DNA of 64,000 nucleotides. It comes from Polyangiaceae bacterium. Its GTDB lineage: Bacteria; Myxococcota_A; Polyangia; Polyangiales; Polyangiaceae. Every line of letters begins with the position of its first letter. Within the stretch, counting starts at the first letter, position 1. Position numbers and translations under genes: made by a program. The stretch lies in NCBI GenBank assembly GCA_044376115.1, contig JBILLK010000015.1:96001-160000 (forward strand), written 5' to 3'. The notes beneath the pieces were generated by a model. The model searched no databases and was not told the DNA's origin. It was given only the letters and a program-made list of their open reading frames with translations. Below are positions 37,136 through 46,715 of this stretch, piece by piece.

Positions 37136-38230
37136 ATGCTTGAACCGCGTTTTTTTCCGCGGGCGGATGTCGATCTGCCCATCATCCTCACGACTGAATC
37201 GACGCGGGCTCACGGTCGGCTCATCAATCTCTCCGAAGGCGGGGTGCTCGTCGTTAGTAGAGCGCCTTTTGAAGCCAACGAGCGACTCACAGCCGTCGTC
37301 GAATTGCCCACACGTTTGGATCCCGCGCTCTGTGAAGGGACGGTCGTTCGCTGCGAACGAGATCCGAAGGGCAACTACCGAGTGGCGATTCGCTGGTCGG
37401 ACCTCAACGAAGGAGATGCAGAACAGATCCGACGTTGGGTCGCCGAACGCTCCGACATCGCTTGGGACGGGCATACGGGTCGCATCCCGCGAGACGTTGC
37501 AGTGCGCTTCATTCCGCTGATCCGGCGGCTTGCCCGCGGCGTCGCACAGCGACTACCGCCGCAGGTATCGACAGACGACTTGGTTGGCGCTGGCTTCGTA
37601 GCCTTGGTCGAGCTTTACGCGAAGAATCCGAGCATGCCCCTCTCGGACCTCGAACGAATCGCCATGCCTCGGCTGCGCTGGGCCATGCTCGATGAGCTAC
37701 GCAACGCCGACCCTCTTTCGCGCAGAATGCGCCAACGAGCGCGGAGGATCGCCAAGGCGAACCGCGATCTCGAGCTGAGCTACGGCCGAAAGCCAACGCA
37801 CGCCGAAGTAGCCAGCCACCTGAAGCTCTCCCAAGAGGCCTACGGTGCAGCGCTGCGATTAGCCCAAAGTGGCGAGACGTCTTCGATCGAGACCTACGAC
37901 GACGTCGACCTTGCCGACAGCACCAGCGTCGGCCCCGAAGAGCGCATGACCCAAGTGGAGGCTCTCGGAAAACTTCGGACGGCGCTTGATGCTCTTCCTC
38001 CGCGGCTCAAACGCGTGCTCGAGCTTTACTACGGTGACGACCTTACGCTGCGCCAGATCGGAAACGTCCTCGGTGTCACCGAAGCACGCATCTCGCAGCT
38101 TCTCTCCGACGCAGTCCGTCGCTTGCGCGTCACCTGTGCCTCATCGCCTCCGCCTTCGAAGCGCCCCGTAAAGTCGAAGGACGCGGGGGGTCGAGAAAAG
38201 TCGATTCCGACGTCTTTGCCTCCGCTCTGA
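37136..38230 (+). CDS. fliA: PilZ-domain / FliA-WhiG (sigma28) fusion protein
   Basis: N-terminal PilZ with RFFPR and NLSEGG; then PLIRRLA...LPPQVSTDDLVGAG, AMLDELR, GRKPT..EVA, LYYGDDLTLRQIGNVLGVTEARISQL in one uninterrupted frame. Confidence 0.88.
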   Translation: MLEPRFFPRADVDLPIILTTESTRAHGRLINLSEGGVLVVSRAPFEANERLTAVVELPTRLDPALCEGTVVRCERDPKGNYRVAIRWSDLNEGDAEQIRRWVAERSDIAWDGHTGRIPRDVAVRFIPLIRRLARGVAQRLPPQVSTDDLVGAGFVALVELYAKNPSMPLSDLERIAMPRLRWAMLDELRNADPLSRRMRQRARRIAKANRDLELSYGRKPTHAEVASHLKLSQEAYGAALRLAQSGETSSIETYDDVDLADSTSVGPEERMTQVEALGKLRTALDALPPRLKRVLELYYGDDLTLRQIGNVLGVTEARISQLLSDAVRRLRVTCASSPPPSKRPVKSKDAGGREKSIPTSLPPL

Positions 38231-38293
38231 CTCGGCCGAACAATCGGCGCCGTCGGGAAACTTCGGGAGGGTGTAGGGTGTCTAGCGCCAACC

Positions 38294-41200
38294 ATGACTC
38301 TGCGCGCCCTTCCCCTTCGACTTGGCCTGTTGACAACGATGCTCGGCGGGGTGGTTGTTCTTCCGCCTTCGGCGAACGCGCAGAAAAGTGCCCCTGCGGC
38401 CAACGAGCCGACGTCGTCCACAGCTCGTGGACTTGACCTGTGGGTGCACGCCGATCGCGAAGCGCCCGGCGGTGAGAACCTTTCGCTGAGCATCGTTGCC
38501 CTGGGTTTCCCGACGGCGACGACAGTCGTCCCGCTTCAGAACGCGCTGGTCGAAGCGACCTGGGATCCTGAATCGCTCTCGTCCAAGGACGACGAACGAC
38601 CCGCGAGCGTACCTGCTCCGGTGCGCGCCAATAGCGCATCCGACGGTGGGGTCACGCTCGTTCTGCCAGTTCCTCCGGGGCCGCCGCGAGAACTCAAGCT
38701 GCTGCTACGCGTTCAGGCCAACGGGCGTGACCGTACGGTCGAGTACTCGATCCAGCGCACCGCACGCAGCGACATCGACTTGTTCGTCTCGGACAGTGCG
38801 GTGGTGCCGGGCAGCGAGGTGATGGCCTGGGCAATCTTCAGCGGCAAAGATGGCAAACGGCCCAACACCGACGTCGAGTTCGTGTTGAGCCAAGGCGAGG
38901 TCGTCCGGGAACGCGTTGAAACCAAAACCGACCTTAGCGGAACAGCCTCGGCCAAGCTCCGAATTCCCCGGGACAGCGGCCCCGCACCGTCCTTCGTGCT
39001 AGAGGCACGCACGCGTGATTCCGCGACTCGCACCGGCAAGTCGACCACGCTGACGACGCGGGAAGAGCTGCCCGGCCAACCTACGTTTCGCGCCACGTTC
39101 GACGAGACATGGGCAGTTGCGGGTGACAAAGCCCGTTACAGAGTGCGCGTGCGTGACGCCACCGGCGAGCCGATCCGTGGACAGTCGGTGCTGATTTGGA
39201 ACGGTCCGAGGGGAACCGAGCCGCCCGTAGCCGATCTCGACTTCGAGAAGGTCGCCGAGAAACAGGTCACCGACGTCAACGGGGAGGTGACCGCTACGGT
39301 CAACACGCCGAGTACGGTGCCACTCCGCGGCTCACAACATCGCCTGGAGGTGCGTACCGAACTCGAGGGTCGCGCCCTCCAAAGCAGCGCCGAGATCGAG
39401 ATCGGACAGCAACGCGGCTTCGTGCGGATGACCCCGGAGAACGATGAGTTGATCCCAGGCTTGCGCCAACGAGTCGTGCTCGAGATGTCGCGCGATGGCG
39501 GAAAACCTATCGTCGGAACCTTCGTCGCCAAAGGGGACAATCTCTCAGCGACCTTCACGACCAACAGCCACGGCGAAGCGGAACTCGAGTGGGATGTTCC
39601 GGTGGGGGCTGGTGCGTTCCGAAAAGTCGGCCCGTGTCCCAATCAGGTAGCCGCACAGCTCACGCTCAAAGCTGTTCAGCCGGAGAGTGGCACGAGTGAA
39701 GCCTTCGGTGGTGCTCTCGTGGGCGCGGACGGGATGAGCCTGTGCATCCCGGTGCAGCGTGAGGCGAAGTTCTTGGTGCGCCCCGCGAAACTCGTGGTCC
39801 AAGCTGGCGAGAGCCTTCCGCTAAGCGTTATCGGTGCGCCCGGCAAATTCGTCAGCGTCTTGTGCGAAAGCATCAACGAGGGCACTTCCACTGCATCGCA
39901 ACTTCGGCTGGACCAAGGCACCCAAGTTGTCACGATTCCTGAGAACGCTCAGGGGCCGATGGACCTGCTCGTGGCTGCACCACAACTCACAGGTTCGACG
40001 TTGACCTCCAGAACGAGGATCCTGGTCCTTCCCAAGCGACTCCCTACGCTGAACGGAACCATCGCGAGCGGTAAAGCTGCCCCTGGCAGCTTCGTAACGA
40101 TCGACGCCGTACTGAAAGACAGCAAAGGGCTCCCACTGGTTGGGACGGTCGCGGCCGTGGTGGTCGATAAACACGGCGGAGCGAACCTCGACCCGCTGCT
40201 CGAACTCGATACCAAGGGCGCGCTTTGTTCGACCTTTGGCGTAGAACCCTCGCGTTGCGACGCGGTTTTGAGTGGGGGCGCAGAGCACGATCCATTGCGC
40301 CGCGCTCGCCTCAGGCCCACCGGGGACGGAACTCCGCTCGCGGACCCCGCTGGGACCGCTGGTCCGAAGTTCGATAGCACCTTCCAACAGGTGGTTAGGT
40401 CGTTGGAGGGAGCCGTATTCGAGTCATCGATGGCGGTGGAAACGTTGCCTGACGTCTATCGCAAAGAGAAGGGTCGCTTCGTCTTCAACCCTGAGCTCAT
40501 GACGCTGGTGACTGACGCGATCGACCAAAAGCCGCTCACGCCTGGGGGAGAAACCGTGACGCTCGCAGACTTGATCGCGAAGGACTCGCAGATCAACTTC
40601 GACAATGTCGCGCGCCGCGTTACCCGGCTCAAGATGTTCAATGTCTTGGATGCGATGCGCAGCGAGCGGACGTTTCTCAATCCAGATGAGCCGATCTTGG
40701 ATGAGCCTAATGCGCTATTACGCAAGATCGTTCGCCGAGGATCTCTATTGGAGGGCAACCTGCTCGATCCGTGGGGAGGGACGCTTACCTTCCACAAGAC
40801 GAATGAGGAGTATGTACCGTTCATTTCCTTCAAGCGCGGCTTCTCCCTCAGTTCGCCGGGCCCAGATGGAAAGCTGGGTACGCCTGACGATGTATCGAGC
40901 CCGTTCGCCCGAGTTCTCAAGTCAGGTACCCCCTACGCACGCGCCAGTCATGAGGATGAACTCGTTGATTCGCGCTTCGACATGCTCGTTGCCGATGAAA
41001 CCGTCAGCAACTGGAAGGACACCCTCAATCGCGCGACCGGCACTGCGTTAGGCGGCGGCTTCGCCGCAGAGCATGGCAGCGGCACCGGAACTGGCAGCGG
41101 CTTCGGCAATGGCAGCGGTCGACTCGCCGGCTCGCACCGCGTGAGGCGCGGCGGTACGTCGGGCATCACCTTCATGTCGGAGCCAGTACAGACCGACGAG

Positions 41201-43072
41201 AACGGCCGTGCTCGCATCCAAGTACAGCTCGGTACCGAGGAAACAACGTGGCAAATCGCGCTCATCGGTTTACCGAACGAGGCTGGAGCAGCGGTATCCA
41301 CGCTCGAAGTCCCGGTCAACCTGGAGCTGTCGAGCAAGGTCTTCGCCGGTGCCCGAATGACGACCGGAGACGTGGTGTCGGCACGTGTGCACCTTCGCAA
41401 TCGCACGGACAAAGATACGCTTGCTACGTTATCCGTCACGGCCGAGGGCGCGCTCGCGCTCGCGCCGAACTTCAAAGCAACGCCCACGCTGATCCCAGCA
41501 AAGGGCGCTGTGAGCGTCAGCATCCCCGTGCGCGCAGTTGGGGCTGGGGAGGGCTCACTCAACGTCGTTACCTCGGCACCTGGGCTGCCCAGCGACACCG
41601 CTCAACATACGGTTACCGTCGAGCCGGCGGGGACGGCGATGAACATCGCTCGTACCGCATGGGTCAGCGAGAATCGCGAGCTTGCTGAGTTCCTCGACAA
41701 GTCACCGTTTCAACGCGCCGGCGCCGCGACCCTCACCTTGTTCAACGGCCCCGCTTCGCAGCTCGAACGGATGGTGACGGCGCTCGAGGACACCTCCAGC
41801 TCGAGCGCGGATGAGCTCGCCGACATCGCCGATACGAGCGCTCGGCTCGAGCGCTACCTGCGCTCGCGGAGCGACGCGGAGAACCCTCTTGCCGATCGCC
41901 TGAAGATCGTGACCAAGGCTGCGCGCGCCCGCGTCTCGCAAGACCTCCGCCGCGACGACGCCCTCAGCTACAGCTTACGAGGTCGCTTGGACAACGTTGC
42001 AGCCAACGGCAAGGGCTTCTGCCCCCCCGAGAACCTACCCCTCGTCGGTGCCGCTTTGGCGACCGCGCTCGACGCCGAACCTACGCCCAAAGAAGGCGTC
42101 GTGCTGGCATGCTTCACCGAGCTTGCGGCTCGGGGCGTCAAGGAGCTCTCGAATGAAGGGAAGCCCGACGAGATCGCGCGCGGGATCGTCGCCTTGGCGA
42201 CTCGCCCTCACCGTGCCGCAGAGCTCGGCGCGCTGCGAGACACGCTGCTCGCAAAGGTGCGCCCGGCGGCGGATGGAAGGATCGATTATCCGGGTGCGAG
42301 TCGGGCAAGCCGAGCGCTCGTGCACGCGGCGATGATTCTCAGCGCAACCGAATCAACCCCCAAGCGTGAGAAGGACCGCCACTTGGCGTGGCTCTTGGTC
42401 CAGCGCGATTCCCGCGGCAGCTTCGGCTCTGCGGCGGCCACGAGAGCAGCCTTGCTCGCAATGTTGGACATAGGTGTCGAGGATGAACTCGCGAGCGCCA
42501 CGGTCGAAGTCGACTTTGGTGAAGCTGGAACCAAGAGCGTGCTGGTGAAGCCCGGACAGAGCATCTCGCTCTTGATTCCGGATACCGCTGATGCGCTGAC
42601 CGTCTCCACCGACCAACCCATCCTCACCGAGGTGAGCCGAAACTATCTGAGGCCGTTCTCCGTGGCCCCGTCGGACGCTGACGGCAACGTGCGCATGAGC
42701 GTGCGGTTCCCGAGTGCGCCGATGTGTCCACCCGAGAAGCCCTGCGCGAAAACCCTGACCCAAGGGGACGTCGGGAATCTGGTCGTGACCTTGCTCGTCA
42801 AGGAGGCGATCGCAGCGCAAACCCGGGTGCATGCAACCATCCCGCTACCTCCAGGGGTCGTGCTCGCGGAGCCCCAGGAAGGTATTCGGCAGGTCCAAGG
42901 CAGCCTGCACATCGACCGCTCGGTTGGAGCAACGGAGCAGGTGCTGGCGATCCCACTGCGCTTCAATCTCGCCGGTACATTCGTCGCGCGAGAGGCTGAA
43001 GTCAGGGCGCTGGACGAGCAGCAGTCCCCGTCGATTACCCGCTCGCGCACAATCGTCGTGTCCGAACGCTAA
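38294..43072 (+). CDS. Large secreted alpha-2-macroglobulin-like protein lacking a CxEQ thioester motif
   Basis: Signal peptide, beta-rich MG-like domains, TDENGRARI...TTWQI...MTTGD (A2M-domain-like), WLLVQRDSRGSFGSAAATRAALLAM, TIPLPPG; 1592 aa. Confidence 0.65.
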   Translation: MTLRALPLRLGLLTTMLGGVVVLPPSANAQKSAPAANEPTSSTARGLDLWVHADREAPGGENLSLSIVALGFPTATTVVPLQNALVEATWDPESLSSKDDERPASVPAPVRANSASDGGVTLVLPVPPGPPRELKLLLRVQANGRDRTVEYSIQRTARSDIDLFVSDSAVVPGSEVMAWAIFSGKDGKRPNTDVEFVLSQGEVVRERVETKTDLSGTASAKLRIPRDSGPAPSFVLEARTRDSATRTGKSTTLTTREELPGQPTFRATFDETWAVAGDKARYRVRVRDATGEPIRGQSVLIWNGPRGTEPPVADLDFEKVAEKQVTDVNGEVTATVNTPSTVPLRGSQHRLEVRTELEGRALQSSAEIEIGQQRGFVRMTPENDELIPGLRQRVVLEMSRDGGKPIVGTFVAKGDNLSATFTTNSHGEAELEWDVPVGAGAFRKVGPCPNQVAAQLTLKAVQPESGTSEAFGGALVGADGMSLCIPVQREAKFLVRPAKLVVQAGESLPLSVIGAPGKFVSVLCESINEGTSTASQLRLDQGTQVVTIPENAQGPMDLLVAAPQLTGSTLTSRTRILVLPKRLPTLNGTIASGKAAPGSFVTIDAVLKDSKGLPLVGTVAAVVVDKHGGANLDPLLELDTKGALCSTFGVEPSRCDAVLSGGAEHDPLRRARLRPTGDGTPLADPAGTAGPKFDSTFQQVVRSLEGAVFESSMAVETLPDVYRKEKGRFVFNPELMTLVTDAIDQKPLTPGGETVTLADLIAKDSQINFDNVARRVTRLKMFNVLDAMRSERTFLNPDEPILDEPNALLRKIVRRGSLLEGNLLDPWGGTLTFHKTNEEYVPFISFKRGFSLSSPGPDGKLGTPDDVSSPFARVLKSGTPYARASHEDELVDSRFDMLVADETVSNWKDTLNRATGTALGGGFAAEHGSGTGTGSGFGNGSGRLAGSHRVRRGGTSGITFMSEPVQTDENGRARIQVQLGTEETTWQIALIGLPNEAGAAVSTLEVPVNLELSSKVFAGARMTTGDVVSARVHLRNRTDKDTLATLSVTAEGALALAPNFKATPTLIPAKGAVSVSIPVRAVGAGEGSLNVVTSAPGLPSDTAQHTVTVEPAGTAMNIARTAWVSENRELAEFLDKSPFQRAGAATLTLFNGPASQLERMVTALEDTSSSSADELADIADTSARLERYLRSRSDAENPLADRLKIVTKAARARVSQDLRRDDALSYSLRGRLDNVAANGKGFCPPENLPLVGAALATALDAEPTPKEGVVLACFTELAARGVKELSNEGKPDEIARGIVALATRPHRAAELGALRDTLLAKVRPAADGRIDYPGASRASRALVHAAMILSATESTPKREKDRHLAWLLVQRDSRGSFGSAAATRAALLAMLDIGVEDELASATVEVDFGEAGTKSVLVKPGQSISLLIPDTADALTVSTDQPILTEVSRNYLRPFSVAPSDADGNVRMSVRFPSAPMCPPEKPCAKTLTQGDVGNLVVTLLVKEAIAAQTRVHATIPLPPGVVLAEPQEGIRQVQGSLHIDRSVGATEQVLAIPLRFNLAGTFVAREAEVRALDEQQSPSITRSRTIVVSER

Positions 43073-43194
43073 CTTCGGCGGCTTCGAGACTTTTCGCCCA
43101 GGCCAGAGGCGCCTTGTTGCACGGCGAAGCGCGAGGCGATTATAGTGGCACTGGAATGACCGCTCCGGCCATTCTCAACCTCGAAGGAGCCACC

Positions 43195-43803
43195 GTGGCC
43201 ATCTCGACCCCGCCGATTCGCATCCTGGTCTGTGACGATGACAAAGCGATATGCGACTACGTCGAAACGCTCCTGACGCGGGATGGGCACGACGTAAAAA
43301 CGCTAAGCGACCCTCTGCTCGTCGAAGACGAGATCAAAAATGGCCACTACCAGATGCTCATTCTCGACCGGATGATGCCCAAGATGGACGGCATTGAAGT
43401 GCTGCGTCGCGTCCGCAAAGCGGACAACGACATTTCGGTGATCATGTTCACCGGCTTTCCCAGCCTCGATTCGGCAGTAGCGGCGATGAAACTGCAGGCC
43501 GACGACTACCTAAAGAAACCGTTCAACGCGGAAGAACTTCGCGAAGTCATCGACCGCATCGCCAAGAAGAAGGGCATCGTTCGCTCACCGGAGGAACAGC
43601 TCCACAACGTCATCGGCGACACGATCCGTCGGCTTCGCAAGGAGAAGGACCTGACCCTCAAGCAGATGGCCCATCGCACAGGCCTCTCCGTCTCCCTACT
43701 GAGTCAGATTGAACGCGCGGAATCCAGCGCGTCGATCCCGTCGCTCTACAAGATCGCGACTGCGCTCGGAGCCAAAGTCCAAGATCTCTTCGGCGGCTAC
43801 TGA
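43195..43803 (+). CDS. Response regulator: receiver plus C-terminal XRE HTH
   Basis: ILVCDDD, LDRMMP, LKKPF; IRRLRKEKDLTLKQMA..TGLSVSLLSQIER. GTG start after AAGGAG; TTGCAC-N18-TATAGT upstream (43117-43146). Confidence 0.88.
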   Translation: MAISTPPIRILVCDDDKAICDYVETLLTRDGHDVKTLSDPLLVEDEIKNGHYQMLILDRMMPKMDGIEVLRRVRKADNDISVIMFTGFPSLDSAVAAMKLQADDYLKKPFNAEELREVIDRIAKKKGIVRSPEEQLHNVIGDTIRRLRKEKDLTLKQMAHRTGLSVSLLSQIERAESSASIPSLYKIATALGAKVQDLFGGY

Positions 43804-44252
43804 GCCTTCGGCGCGAGGCTGGGCAAGCGACCCGCAACGAGCAGCTCGAGCTTCTCGAAGTCGAAGCGCCCAGGCCGAACACCATCCGGCATGACGTGCA
43901 GTTCGAGCGCAGCGATCCCCGCTCGTTCACACACGGGCGCGGCCAAGTCGAGAGCCTTGGCCAGCAGCTTCAGCGCCTCATGCTCCTCGAGCGAAACGAT
44001 CCCGTCGAGCCGAGCCAACCAACAGCCGATGGCGTAGGTAACGACGCGCTGCCACTCGTTCATCTCCCCAGGAGCAAAGGCTCGCAGGTCCGTCTTCGAG
44101 TCGAGCGCAGCTTTGACCCGATCAAGCTCGGCTGGCTCGAGGGTACTTGCAGCCTTGAGCAAACCTTCCCGCTCGCTTGCTCGAAGGTCCCCATCGGCCC
44201 AGGCCAGGGCAGCCAGTGCAACGAACGCGTCTGCTGAGAGTTTTGTCGCCAT
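43797..44252 (-). CDS. TerB-like (DUF533-type) protein
   Basis: ALAALAWADGDLRASER...LARLDGIVSLEEHEALKLLAKALDL duplicated TerB motif. Confidence 0.7.
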   Translation of the reverse strand: MATKLSADAFVALAALAWADGDLRASEREGLLKAASTLEPAELDRVKAALDSKTDLRAFAPGEMNEWQRVVTYAIGCWLARLDGIVSLEEHEALKLLAKALDLAAPVCERAGIAALELHVMPDGVRPGRFDFEKLELLVAGRLPSLAPKAQ

Positions 44253-44263
44253 CTTCGCCACCT

Positions 44264-46336
44264 TTACTTCAAATGCTCTTGAAAGAATCGAATCGTGTGG
44301 CCCATGCCAAGAACTTGATTGGGCCGCTTCTGGAAACCGTGCCCTTCGTCTGGGAAGATGATGAGCTCGGTCGGGATGCCCTTCTTGTAGAGGGCCTCGT
44401 AAAACTGCAACGCCTCACCAACGGGGACGCGAGGATCGGTGGCGCCCTGAAGGAGCATCAGCGGGGCCTTGACCTTATCCACGTGACTCGTCGGTGAGAG
44501 GCGCTCGAGCACCGCTCGGTCTTTCTCTGGGTCCCCATACTCGCTGATGCGCAAGATGCGCCGGTAGGGGGCCGTATTCTCGAGGAAGGTAAGCAGATTA
44601 CTGATTCCAACCACCGAGACGCCAACGTCATAGGCGCCGGCAAACAGGGACATCGCGATGAGCGTGGAGTACCCACCGTAGCTCCCGCCGTAGACTCCGA
44701 GTTTTGGTGAGACCCCAGCAACCTTCCAATTGGTTCGAATGAAGTTCGAGGCGTCCTCTATATCGGTTAGGACGGCTTCACGTTTGGCTCCGTCGTCAGC
44801 GTGAATCCAGCTCTTACCGTATCCATCACTGCCACGAACGTTGGGCTCGGCATAGATGAAGCCCGCATCGACGAAGAGCTGCGCGCGCGTCGAGAACCCA
44901 GCAACGGCCTGGGCCTCCGGCCCACCGTGAAAACTGACAATCACCGGACAGGCTTTGCCGAAGACGGCGCCCGCTGGGGCGCACCCGTTGGGGCGACGGA
45001 CGAACATTGGAATCTTAGTGCCATCTCGAGCAGGGAACGACTCCAGGGTCGACCGTACGACACCCTTCATGTCGATCTCGGGGGTGGCAGGCTTATGCCA
45101 CTTGGTTAGCTTATTGCCCTCCCAGCTATACAAGTAGCTCTGCGGGGGAGCATCCCCAGTATCCACTACGAGAGCGGTCACGGCTGCATCAGGACTAGAG
45201 GCACCAAAGGTGACGTGGTCACCGGTAGGTACATTGACTAGCTTGATTGGCTTTTTACTCTTGGCCTCGAGTGCGAACGACCTCGTGTAGCCGCCTTCGT
45301 TCGTCGTGTAGAGAATGCGCTTCTTTTGGCGGTCCGTGCGAAAGCCTGCGACGTCATGCGTAAGCTCGGGGGTGACGGGCTTGAGCTTACCGCCCTCTAA
45401 CGCATAAAGCCGGCGGTACTCTCCTAGCTTTGGCGTGAGTACGAGGACCTCCTGGCCGGCACCGTAGCTTGCAACGTAGTCCTCCCGTTCGTTTTGGCCG
45501 ATCAGGGGCTTCAGCTGGGGCGCCCCGAGATCATACTCATATATCTCAGCCATGTTGGAGCCTATGCTCCGCTCGAGCAATAGGATGTCCGCTTTGCCTT
45601 TCCCGCCGGACCGCACATCCGCCACCGACCATATACCTGTCTCGCCAAAGACCTTGGTCGACTTGCCGGTACCAAGCTCATAACGATAAATCGCATAGGA
45701 GTCGGCCGTTACGTCATTGGCGCGGTAATACAGATAGGAGCTATCGGAAGAAACGTACTGCAACTGAGTCTGCACCTTGGACTTGTGCTGAATCTCTTTG
45801 AGCGGTCCTCCGTCCGGCGAGAGCAGGTACAGGCCGGGGTTCTCCTCGCCATTTCGATCACGCGAGACAACGAGCCACTTGCCGTCAGGCGTCACGGCGA
45901 CCAGCTGCGTGGGGTCTTCCCCGCCGGTAAGCTGGGTCGGGAAACCCATAGGGCCGTCCAACCGAAAGATCTGCGGGGTACCCGTTATGCTCCAGGCAAA
46001 GTAGAGCTTCTTCCCGTCAGGCGAGGGGGTTCCCGCCGCGGGGCTGCGCAGATCCAACATGGCTTGAATGCGCCGACTGACCTCTGGAGCAAGCGGCGAG
46101 GCGGCGTAGAGCCGCAAGACCTCCGGCGGGATACTCTCAACGCCAAGCCCCTGGTAGGCGCCAGGAGCGGTGGCAGCGGGGGGTTGCTGGGGCGGCACTG
46201 GGGGCCTCGGCGGAACGACCATGCCATCGCCCGACGGCGGGAAGTAGAATTGGCGCTGAGGCAGTGGCTTGGGCGTGCAGGCGCCCATAGCCATGATCAG
46301 AATTGTGGCCCCCAAGGTCTTTTTGCCCACCAACAT
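44264..46336 (-). CDS. S9 family (prolyl oligopeptidase/acylaminoacyl peptidase) lipoprotein
   Basis: Lipobox AMGAC, beta-propeller, HGGPE, GGSYGG, DPRVP, DEGHGF. Confidence 0.92.
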   Translation of the reverse strand: MLVGKKTLGATILIMAMGACTPKPLPQRQFYFPPSGDGMVVPPRPPVPPQQPPAATAPGAYQGLGVESIPPEVLRLYAASPLAPEVSRRIQAMLDLRSPAAGTPSPDGKKLYFAWSITGTPQIFRLDGPMGFPTQLTGGEDPTQLVAVTPDGKWLVVSRDRNGEENPGLYLLSPDGGPLKEIQHKSKVQTQLQYVSSDSSYLYYRANDVTADSYAIYRYELGTGKSTKVFGETGIWSVADVRSGGKGKADILLLERSIGSNMAEIYEYDLGAPQLKPLIGQNEREDYVASYGAGQEVLVLTPKLGEYRRLYALEGGKLKPVTPELTHDVAGFRTDRQKKRILYTTNEGGYTRSFALEAKSKKPIKLVNVPTGDHVTFGASSPDAAVTALVVDTGDAPPQSYLYSWEGNKLTKWHKPATPEIDMKGVVRSTLESFPARDGTKIPMFVRRPNGCAPAGAVFGKACPVIVSFHGGPEAQAVAGFSTRAQLFVDAGFIYAEPNVRGSDGYGKSWIHADDGAKREAVLTDIEDASNFIRTNWKVAGVSPKLGVYGGSYGGYSTLIAMSLFAGAYDVGVSVVGISNLLTFLENTAPYRRILRISEYGDPEKDRAVLERLSPTSHVDKVKAPLMLLQGATDPRVPVGEALQFYEALYKKGIPTELIIFPDEGHGFQKRPNQVLGMGHTIRFFQEHLK

Positions 46337-46424
46337 GGCGGCCCTATAAACTGGTGGCCACGGCGCGGCATCAGAATTTCCGTGAGCGCAGCAGAGCCCA
46401 GTCTTCGTCTACGCTAGCCGAACG

Positions 46425-46715
46425 ATGGATCATCAAGCGAAGTTCAAGGGCCTATTGGCTCGCATTTTCTCGAACGCCGAGGTGGACGAAGCCGAACGCC
46501 GAGAGCTTCGAGACTTCATTGCCCTCGGGTTGCTGACCGCGGCGGAACGCGAAGTTGTCGTGCAGTCCTTCACCGCTACGACTTGGAAGTCAGCGAACGC
46601 AGACGGAGTGCTGAGCGAGGTGGAGAAAAAGCGACTGCGCAGCATCGCCGAGGAGCTCAAACTTGCACCACAGGACCTGCCACCAGCTTGGGCCGCGCTC
46701 CTGACGGCCCCGTGA
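46425..46715 (+). CDS. Small TerB-like protein
   Basis: SNAEVDEAERREL...ADGVLSEVEKKRLRSIAEELKL. Confidence 0.6.
   Translation: MDHQAKFKGLLARIFSNAEVDEAERRELRDFIALGLLTAAEREVVVQSFTATTWKSANADGVLSEVEKKRLRSIAEELKLAPQDLPPAWAALLTAP

Noticed and set aside
14960..38300. Flagellar cluster as a mobile genomic island
   Set aside because: No integrase, transposase, tRNA or flanking direct repeat was seen, and composition looks similar to the flanks by eye (not computed).
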